From Oculina patagonica (lineage: Eukaryota): a stretch of DNA of 64,000 bases. A model generated the notes under the pieces. That model ran no database searches. It saw nothing but the letters and a program-made list of their open reading frames with translations, and was not told the origin of the DNA. Below, in pieces: positions 48,501 to 58,044 of this stretch. The stretch covers positions 5,394,001-5,458,000 of the forward strand of contig NC_135769.1 in the NCBI RefSeq assembly GCF_052425735.1. Direction: 5' to 3'. The position numbers and the translations under genes are program-made. The stretch's first letter is position 1. Each line of letters opens with the position of its first letter.

Positions 48501-51500
48501 ATTCTACAGAAATTCCTGAAATGTTTTCTCTGAGCTCTGTGGCTTATCTGGTAGATTTTAGCTCCAAAATGTGCATGGAGTGCTTTAAACACCCAATTAT
48601 TTGATTCTGTAGGAAAACTCATTGAGAAAAACTCTTAATTAACAATTATCTGCATGCAAAAGCATTAGAAACTTAAAGAAGAGGTGAAGCACAGTAATTG
48701 TAGTGTGACACTGTTGCTCTATTTGTATAAAATTGCTTTGTCAAATATCTGCAGTTGTTAAGCTGTTGACAAGAAACCCATGAACTCTTGAAATTTTTGC
48801 TCTGTTGCTGCACTGAACACAATAAGTGTTAAAGTTTACATAAGTTGGAATATTTGCTTTAGTGGATTTGGCGACTGTTCATTTAAAAACATGAGACAGA
48901 TTTTTCAAGTGCTCAGTGACTAATTAGCATTTTTTTAATTTGTAGAGCCATGTATTGTTGAACCAATTTATGATAAATTAGTAAAAAAAAATTTCACTAC
49001 AGTTGTAACATGCAATGTTCTTAGATGAATGTACACATAGATAAGAGAGCATTTTTTTCCTCTTTCCCATTTTGGAAATCAAAATTTCTCAGCAGCCAAA
49101 ACAAATTTGTACTAATTGACATCCCCTGTAATGACAATTTCTATGTATAATTCTGTCATTAATTATTGTTGTACACATTGAACTTATGTGTCCTTGTTTA
49201 ATTGTCTAAAGCTCTAATCATTCAGATCATTGAAATGCAAGCATCTCAGCTATATTCCATGTACCATCAATCAATCACAGCATTATTTTATTGGCATGGC
49301 AGCAATTACTTGCTTCCATGTACATTTTAAACAGCACATGAATTTTGAAGTCAAATTAAATCACATACAATATTGTAAATGCTGATTCAGTAAACTACAT
49401 GTACACTGTATCACTGTAGTCAAGGCCAAGGCAAAGTCTTACTTGTCTGCAATACATGGGAAGAGTGAAAATTACATAATCATGTAGTTTAGCTGGTCAT
49501 TGAAACTAATTGGTCTGTTCCACTGTGATGTTGTTTGCTGTCAAGATNNNNNNNNNNNNNNNNNNNNNNNNNNNNNNNNNNNNNNNNNNNNNNNNNNNNN
49601 NNNNNNNNNNNNNNNNNNNNNNNNNNNNNNNNNNNNNNNNNNNNNNNNNNNNNNNNNNNNNNNNNNNNNNNNNNNNNNNNNNNNNNNNNNNNNNNNNNNN
49701 NNNNNNNNNNNNNNNNNNNNNNNNNNNNNNNNNNNNNNNNNNNNNNNNNNNNNNNNNNNNNNNNNNNNNNNNNNNNNNNNNNNNNNNNNNNNNNNNNNNN
49801 NNNNNNNNNNNNNNNNNNNNNNNNNNNNNNNNNNNNNNNNNNNNNNNNNNNNNNNNNNNNNNNNNNNNNNNNNNNNNNNNNNNNNNNNNNNNNNNNNNNN
49901 NNNNNNNNNNNNNNNNNNNNNNNNNNNNNNNNNNNNNNNNNNNNNNNNNNNNNNNNNNNNNNNNNNNNNNNNNNNNNNNNNNNNNNNNNNNNNNNNNNNN
50001 NNNNNNNNNNNNNNNNNNNNNNNNNNNNNNNNNNNNNNNNNNNNNNNAAATATTCCTGCTTGTTTTTAGATCAATAATCTTCGTACCCAAGTTAAGAACA
50101 CAGAAGAGGAGAACCAGCGCTTAATCAAGGAAGGAAAGTAAGTTTTTGTGTTTGTACATGCTAAAATTCAAGCTTGGCTAGTTTCTTTTGTACACGAGAC
50201 AAAACTATTGTGTGTACGCGGGCTTTTAACTAGTCGAGGGTATCGAAACGAAATGATGTGCCCTTATTGTGTATTTAAAGTTAAATGTAGCTTCATAACC
50301 TTAAATGTTACAATAGAACTTTAAAAACATACCTTAAGAAAGAATGAGACTTTGTAAAAGTCCTTTGTATTTTCCCGTACTGAGCATTCGTTTCTTGCAA
50401 ACGTTCTCCTCAAGTTGTCACGTGACTTTCCGTGGCGGGAATTTGGCTTGCACCGCCTGCGCAGGCAGATTTTGTGGGGTAGCCCTCGGGGTAGTATGTA
50501 CGATGTGGAAGAAATACAATTTCTTGTAATTTAAATGCAATTTGTTTTTCTTCAGGAAAATGGCTCCACAAAGAACAGTGGTAAGTCGTGTTATTACAGT
50601 ACATTTATTTGTTGATTTTGTTATTCTGATTTCTTTCCAGTATTGATCATATAAGAAGATTCATTGTTCCAGCCATAGCTAAATTTGTTGTTAATTTTCT
50701 TTTTTTCTTCTTTCATAAACAGAAGAAGACCCTTCCACCAAAGGTGAATTAAATAACATAATCATTAATGTACAAGGCTACGGTTAGCTAAGTACATGTA
50801 TATGGAAACTTAGTATATAAACGAGAAGGGACCTGGGAACTAGATGCCACCTGTGATAACCTGAAGTGTTCTGTTGAAGGGAACTTAAAAAAATCGAAAG
50901 GAGTTTCTTACATTTAGAAAAATTAGGGACTTGTTTTCTAAAAATTGTGTGGGATGTACTTTTGCTTTAATTTCAACGGATTGGACTTTGGTTGGGGTGT
51001 AGAATAAAAATTCCCAAAAGTGTTAATACCAACAAACCCTTTTGTTGACGGCTTTCACTTTTGTCTATCTCGTCCAACAGAAAGGAAACTTTGTAAACGT
51101 TGTGCGTAAAGCCCAGGCCGCCGCATGGGAGGAGAAATTCATGGCAATGAAGGCAAAGCAGAAAGAATCTAACAAGGTCAGTTTAATAACAAGTTGTTTA
51201 ATACACTCAACTCATGGAAACGAGTACCATTTTCGGTTGCCTTCGGCATTTTCGCTGAGCGCGCGGTGATCGTCAGAGGTTGCTAGGGCTAGGCAACGAA
51301 CCTCGTGCTGTTTACTGATTGGTCTATAGGAATCGTGAACTCTTCGGTTTCATTCACGAGGGTTTGCCCAAAATGGTACTTGTTTGCAGTCCACCCGTAT
51401 TGTAAATGGGTGTTCTGATACTTGCAGGGAGTTCAGAATTCATTCGGGGTTTTCCATGTGAATGAATGCTTGGAAACTTTGCGCGTTTTGTAATTAAGTT

Positions 51501-52402
51501 CGATCCAATATCAGGGGCAAGTGTAATACCATTTGGGTTTCGCGGTTAGGTCCAATTGCTTTTATCATTGCAGAAAAGAACATTCAATGTGTTTCTCTAA
51601 CGAAACAAAACCCGAATCAAAACACTTTAGACAAATGATGTAATTTGTTGAAAGCAAGTAGTCGATCACATCACGATATTGTTTCTAACAAGTGCTGATG
51701 TTTCACAAACCTTTTTCGCGACTTCATTTACTCGAAACTTCGGAAACACGCGATTTTAAAACCGTCCAACAACAGACTTTACGACGAAGAAGGTCCAATG
51801 TGGGAAAAGCCGTCGTGATGGAATTGTGGATCAGGAGAAAATAAAGTGATAAAAAAGGTTCGTTGAACGGGCAAAAAACCTCAGTTTTATGCAAAATATT
51901 TCGCGTTTGTAACTTTTACTATAAAATTCGTTTCCTATAAAGACAAAAGTTGAGCTCTTTGTAACTCTGGGTAACGCGTAAATGTTAACACTGTAAATTT
52001 TGTCCGTTACAGATGAGCGAAGAACTCATGAGCAAAATGAACCGAGTCAAGCGCACGGACGGCCCTCTGCTCAGCGGACTGAAGAAGGGCAAGAAGGACA
52101 AGAAGAAGGATGAAAAAGAGGCCGCCCCAGCCTGGTCAAAGACCCAGCTGAAAAAGGGAGGCAGCAAAGGATGGGAAGAAGGCAAGAAGGAAGGCGAGAA
52201 GAAACCCGATTGGTCAGGACGTGTGGCTCTTAAAAAGACCGAGAAAAAGGATGCCGGAGATCTGGGCGACAGCAAGCGACAGGACTGGCGGGATGGCCTG
52301 AAGAAAGCTCCCAAAAGCCCTGGTGTCGAGGGAGGCGAGGGTGACCCGGAGTGGAAAGGTGTGAGCCTGCGCACAACCGGCCGTCACGACGAAGATGATT
52401 AA
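42503..52402 (+). CDS. Troponin-I-like, Lys-rich putative actin-binding protein (partial; middle exons probably in the N gap)
   Basis: Phase-consistent exons: 42503-42530 (MSSYSETSS), 42977-43041 (EERRRRRRERAEQENSAEPEEM), possible 15-nt micro-exon 44274-44288, [gap 49548-50047], 50070-50137 (INNLRTQVKNTEEENQRLIKEGK), 50556-50580 (KMAPQRTV), 50723-50743 (KKTLPPK), 51081-51176 (KGNFVNVVRKAQAAAWEEKFMAMKAKQKESNK), 52013-52402 (terminal exon with EKKPDWS and QDWRDGLKK). AATAAA at about 53250. The gene structure is well supported; the product call rests on remembered motif similarity. Confidence 0.7.
44702..45061. mobile_element. MITE with a nested 'TTCCAGAAAATATCCATAC' MITE (44836-45012)
   Basis: ATAGAC..GTATTTTGGTATTAGACTGGAACTAGTTTG / CAAGCTAGTTCCAATCCAATACCCAGAATAC..GTCTAT. 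Confidence 0.7.
45600..48000 (-). pseudogene. CpG-decayed coding-like relic (dead gene or transposon ORF) antisense within an intron
   Basis: Minus-strand segments read as protein interrupted by stops, many of them TGA in Arg/Gln-rich context, e.g. 46032-45791 GFPKKQNVTMKKSTVK*KKTNSQVLHEAF*QKESLCLRMEE..IQRRQEEKYMTRLNTKNL*Q with AG/GT flanks, and MAREQRNL*DSLLEQIAPAKQIYAN*PRRAPL* near 47900. The region is strongly CpG-depleted. Confidence 0.35.
49548..50047. other. Assembly gap (500 N) inside the troponin-I-like gene
   Basis: Run of N. Confidence 1.
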
Positions 52403-53249
52403 ACGCAAACTTGTTTAGGATTAGGTAGTCTTGCTACGAAAACAGGTTTTCTTAAAGCATTTTAAAAGCCAATTTTTTCGGCTCTTTTTGTATGAATTTT
52501 TTTCTATTATTAAGCCCGTTTAAGCCTTGTAGTTAAACCGAACCCGTAGAAAGTGGCTCAAATGAGCGCAAAAAGGAAGTAAAAGGTGTTTTTTTGGGTA
52601 GCTCCCACCCTCTTACCTCCATAACTCTGTACGAAACTAGAATTCTTCTTAAAATGCCACAATGACAAAAAGCACGTGGAATTAGTTAAACCCTTTTAGC
52701 CATGTGGCTACCATACAAATTCTCCTAACTTTTCTCCATACAAAATATACAGCACTGGTAAGAAGAATTTGTTTTAGTGCTGATCGAAAGCGAGATTCTC
52801 GTATCTACTTTGTGTAATACTGGGTGAAATAGTGAGGAGAATTTATGTGTGGATCACTTTCGCGGCTTGAAGGGTTAACAGTCGGTACGATATGTAGTTT
52901 ATGGAGTTAAAAGGGTCTTGAATCATTCCTTCAGTTCACTTATAATGCATCACGAACTCATTGCGTTGCCGTGGCTCGATCGATGAGTGCAGTTATAAGA
53001 GAGCTGGAGGAAAACCGGAAGTAAGTATGGATAAAACAAATGACGGTTGGAACGGATGCTCAAAGTCAAAAAGTTGTTTTTTAAAGTTGTGTAAGTCATT
53101 GTAGTTCTTGTGTAATTTTCTTAGTTTTGCATTTTTATATTGTCTTAAGCGTCATGAGAGTTTTTTAAAGTGAAATATATCCTGTAATCGGGCTGCATTA
53201 AATGTCAGAATCATATCGTTTGTATTTTTGTTTATTTTTTCTATAATTC

Positions 53250-53255
53250 AATAAA
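53250..53255 (+). terminator. Polyadenylation signal for the 52013-52402 terminal exon
   Basis: AATAAA about 850 nt after the stop, followed by GT/T-rich downstream sequence. Confidence 0.55.
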
Positions 53256-53524
53256 GTTCGTTTTGTAGCAAGTCACTGTTGATTGTTTTTGTTGCGTGGT
53301 AGTGTTCAGTCGTGTGTGATTTGTCACGCTTTCGCCATTAGAGTGATTTTATTTAACCCGTGGAACAACATCTAACAATTAGTGCTAAATAGTGACAACT
53401 AAACAAAAGAAAACAATGGAATAAGCGTCTAATAGTATCTATTTGAGTAGTAACTATTTCACGGTTGAAGTAAAATCACTCTAAGGCTTCACATGCAGTG
53501 AAGATTAGCAGTTCGGGATATTCC

Positions 53525-54513
53525 TAGCCTGAGTATCAGGCTTTTCTAAGGGGTAGGGGGAAAAGGAAGGAGCGCGGACGGAAAGAAAAGCCTGACACAG
53601 ACGCTTTAATTCCAGTTTTCCATCCCTCACGGCGTGATAAGCGTCAACCAATCAAATTCATTTCCGGTTGTCACTTGCGAAGCCGGACCAAGATATAACT
53701 GATAAGACACAATACATCTTGCAACAATATTTATAATGCCGATCCCGGCATCAATAAAATGCAAGTAATCAACGTTTTCACGGAACATATATCTTGTCCT
53801 TACACGGCGAAAATTTCGAGAGTTTAAAGCATATCTTACAAATAGAATTGAGCAAAAACAAACTAGCAAAACATGTGGCAAAGAAGTGTGAAACAAACAG
53901 GAAACCACGCAGCGCAGACTATTATGCAATGACCTCTAGACATTTCCTTGGCCACAATCTTACGGCTCTATTTAATACATAATGCCTCTAAATAAAACAG
54001 TGCCCCTCAGAAAGAAATGAGAAGCAAATTACATCGAAAAACCGAATTTAACACAGAACGGCAAGGGTACAAATGTCACAAACGCAAGCCCGTCACCTTT
54101 ATTTTGCTAAAACTTCCAGGACGTCGACTTTCCGTTTCACAAGCAGCTTTCGAGGCATAATTTCTGTCCTCTATTACGTCTAATTCTAGGAAAAACTGTA
54201 GAGCGCCTTCACGAGCCGTTTAGAAGTCGTGGCCTTCCATAAATACACTGAAATAACGCTGAATAACGTCGAGCGAAGTTTTCGTTCACTGTTCGTTCGC
54301 GTGGACATCAGTTCATAGAAGACGCCGTTATGAAATTTTTATTTCCGGCCGGTGGTGTGACGTCAGGGCCCATTGTGAATTACCCAATCAGCGCCACATC
54401 CAGAATCTGGATGTTCGACATGATCCAATCAAAGCGTTTGTGTCAGGCCTTCCTCTCCTCTTTCCTTCCCTACCCTTCCCCCCTCCCCTTAGGAAGGCCT
54501 GATACTCAGGTTA
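53525..54513. mobile_element. About 1 kb non-autonomous DNA transposon with a 9-bp TSD (Mutator-like)
   Basis: TIR TAGCCTGAGTATCAGGC / GCCTGATACTCAGGTTA; perfect TSD GGATATTCC at 53516-53524 and 54514-54522. Confidence 0.85.
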
Positions 54514-55381
54514 GGATATTCCTATATTTAAGGACAGGCATGACGTCACGGACCTATTGTTATCGGGGAAAATGGCGGACGAATGCACCTCACTATTATT
54601 CAATCGATTGTTTCCAGGCTTTCTCAGCTTCCATTCGGGACTTTTAATGTAAGGAGTGCTTAAAAATGTAGAGATATCCCGAACTGATTACTGGACGCTT
54701 CTAGCAGACAAGTGACAAACTTTCGCGCCAAATTAGCAGTAAGGGAAAGCCTGGGTCCAGGTGACTGTTAAACAGTAGATTGTTTTCCTCGAGATACCAT
54801 CGCGCAAGTTAGCCGGAGGCGCAAATAATCGCAGGAACTTCGCGGTGCGGTCACGCTCGACCCTCGTTCCAAACGTAATTAATAATGTTTTCCCTATGCT
54901 TGATTTCCAGCCGTTTCCCAGCCCCTCCTTCCCCCTGAGATTTGAAAATCTAGTTCAGGTTCTCTTAGATTCAATTTCTGCATTCTGGGAGTATTTGTGA
55001 CGAAAAAGATATTGGCCTGCTGCACCAGTCCCCCTTGGCCATCAAATAAACGGCACGCAATGTATGCAGAAGCGATGACCGTGGTTCCGCAAGGGGTCTT
55101 GTATAATTTGTCTCTTTCGTCTACTTTGTATTAGGCTTTTCTAACTGCCCGGGAGTATTTTGCATTTATGAGTTATTCTTGCACTTAGTTCCCAATCCCA
55201 TTCGGTTCTATCGATCGTTCGATCCGCCGCGCATGCAACAGAACCGGTCGACCGCCTCATGGCATAAAGCGATGCCGTCATGACGTCATCGCTTTAAATG
55301 ACAAAAATTCCCTTCACCTCTCCTCATAGGATTAATCAGTAGCTTTCTTACGATCGATATTCCGTCTCGATCTGTTTGTAG

Positions 55382-57856
55382 GGTCCTGAGTGGGCTCGCA
55401 CTGCCAAGAAACATAAACCAATAAGTTCGATCCTCGGCAGACCGAAAGAGCATTCCGAAGCAAAACCGAAGACTAAACCGAAGCCCGATTGGAAGTCGAC
55501 CTCTCTACGAAAGAAAGACCCGCCTAAACCCGCAATGACACAATCGGACTATTGGAAAGAGGCGAGGCCAGACTGGGCCAAGGGAAAGAGTCCTATCGAG
55601 AAACCCAAAGTACCAGACAAGCCAATTGCAAAAGGAAAGGCAAAGGATTACTGGGAAGAGGCGCGGCCAGACTGGAGCAAAGGAAAAAGCCCTGTGGCGA
55701 AGCCAAGTACTGGAGATCTAAAGAAGGTTGAAGAAAAGAAGAAGTATGATTATCCAACGCCAGATTGGGCAACTCGTGTGCGTAGCAAAGATAAGGTGAG
55801 ATTACCTGACAAAAACAACAATAACAACAACAACAAAACGTTTACTGTGATCGTCCGGGGTCAGGGTAGTGTTGTTAGTGACTGACGTTTCGGCGACTTG
55901 ACCGCGGTCGGAAGCACGCACGTTCAGCCTAATTTTCACCTTCAGCTAATCTCAAACCCTTATCTTACTCTGTCTGGCGCAAAAAAGTGAAAGGTGAAGT
56001 GCCTCCCTTCCGCTTGGCCGTGGGAGATCTGAGTTCTAGCTATATAGATTACCGCTCACCATCAATAGACCTCAATAGTCCTTTTCAGAACTACCCTCAT
56101 TCGCGGACGATTACACTTCATACGAACTTATCTTTTGGGTTTAAAATCTAGTTCAAACAGACGAAACAAAACAGCGTTAACAACAGCAAAAACAAAAATA
56201 ATCAATAAAGGAACTGTAACAGTGAAAGCATTGTTTCCTTCGTAATAGAAAGGCTGTCTGGTATGATAAAATCCCTAACTTAGCTGGCGTGTTAGATAAT
56301 TCAAAGAATCTATTATCAATAACAAAAAATAATTCAATTTAAGAAGTTGGCTGTATGATTGCATCCCTATTTCGTTCCAAGCGCCTCAGATCCTCTGACA
56401 ACCCTCTACCTTAAAGCCTTAAAGCGCACTGTTATTTTTTATTCATTGACAAAGGGAATATCCACTGCATAAAACATTCCGGTTTAAAAGCTTTTGCTGA
56501 TTTTTAACTTCTTTGTCCCCTTTTATTAAGGCCTCAGACGAACAAGACGGCAAGAAAAGTCTTTTGAAAGCCGAGTTGGAGAACATGTTTGGGAAACCCA
56601 AACCGAAAGTGGTCAGTATTAAATTGTTTTAAAATTTCATGGAGATGGAGCTCCTTACTGAGTGTCGTAAAATGCAAAGCAAAGTTATCACATTTGGCAG
56701 TGCAATCGACAGTGCAATCACAATTAGCCATGTTCTAAACGAGCAGGGGACTGGGCACGAACATATTTTCTCTTCGGTACAAACATTCAATATCAATTGA
56801 ATTGAAAAATGGGGCATGTCATCTGAAAAAGCATCCAAAAATTAGTAATTTCACCGAATTTGATTGTTATTGGTTTAAACCCAAAGGCATGGTATACTTT
56901 TAGTATGGATTGGAGGGACAGGCGTCCTCCAATCCATACTAAGCTCTCTTATTTTAAAAGTGTACCATGCCTTTGTGTTTAAACAAATAACCACCAAATT
57001 CGTTAAATTTACTAATTTTTCGATGCTCTTTCAGATTACGTGCCCCATTTTCAATTCAATCGATATTGAATATTCGTACCAAGAAAAAAATATGTTCGTA
57101 CCCAGTCCCCTGCTCGTTTAGAACATGGCCAATAAAAGTAAATGGCCCTTGAGCCGAGGATGCCTAGGGACTAGGCTGTTGTTCAGCTTTTTTAATTTTT
57201 TTAAGTCCTTATCAGATCCAACGTTAAAACAAATGTATGACTATCATTAGGGAACATAGTAATTCAAAGTAATTTTTGCAATGTTTTATTTCCCTTTTTG
57301 CCCAACAAACAGAAAAGACGCCATTCCTCTGAAGACATGGCGGAAAGTTATCGCGCGAACATACGGTGAGTGAAATCAAGTTCCTTGAATGCGCCTTTTA
57401 GTTTAGGAAAAGCACGTATGGTAAAGGTTACTCACCTTAGATCAAAGGTGTGTTGAGCCTAAAACCTGCGTTGGAGCCTATATCCGGTTTCCGTAATATG
57501 AAGTGACTTGGAGTATTTCTTCTCCCCTGCATGTAATCATCGTTCATCGTTCAAGGAAGTCGTTTTCTCCTTATGTAGCTTTACTCATCTATAAGATGCG
57601 ATAACTAAGCAAAATACAGAGAAACAAATGTGCTTGCTGAGTTTCTCTGCCGTCGAGACCCGTACAAAAGCGGATAGAAGGGAATTTGTATTGCCAGTGC
57701 TTTCTTTGCTAACGTACTTCAATAATAAATTTTAAATCCTCCGACAGAAAATTTGCCGACCACCGTCTAAGTGTCAGAATGAAAACGAAACATCGACCTT
57801 CATCCAATCCCGTCAGGCAGCTGTTGTCACGTGATGATATCAGGAGTGAGCTGTGA
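55382..57856 (+). CDS. Lys/Pro-rich PDW-repeat exon block ending in a supervillin-like motif; probable alternative 3' end of the upstream gene, or a separate gene
   Basis: Exons 55382-55795 (GPEWARTAKK..KPDWKS..DYWKEARPDWAKGKSP..DYWEEARPDWSKGKSP..PDWATRVRSKDK), 56531-56611 (ASDEQDGKKSLLKAELENMFGKPKPKV), 57313-57365 (KRRHSSEDMAESYRANIR), 57748-57856 (KFADHRLSVRMKTKHRPSSNPVRQLLSRDDIRSEL*). All are GT-AG, with phases 0,0,2 consistent. Confidence 0.75.
56726..57130. mobile_element. About 400-bp foldback/palindromic MITE in an intron
   Basis: GCCATGTTCTAAACGAGCAGGGGACTGGG ... CCCAGTCCCCTGCTCGTTTAGAACATGGC; the arms are complementary nearly to the centre (TTAGTATGGATTGGAGG/CCTCCAATCCATACTAA). Confidence 0.85.
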
Positions 57857-58044
57857 GCTACCAACAGGAAACACAAGGCACAATTAACAAACCTAACAAC
57901 ATAACTAGCAAAGCAGCGCAATCAAATTCAGTGCAAGAGAAGATGACTTTATCCTCTTTCAGTAAAAGTAAGCGTGCACCATAACTTGTTTGTGCACGAT
58001 AAAGCATGAAACAGTTGTTAATTGGTTTGAATCAAACAAACATT

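Noticed and set aside
49500-50124. Long ORFs with X runs (also 14431-14718)
   Set aside because: Artefacts of N gaps.
51985-52374. 129-aa antisense ORF
   Set aside because: Shadow of the Lys/Gly-rich sense exon.
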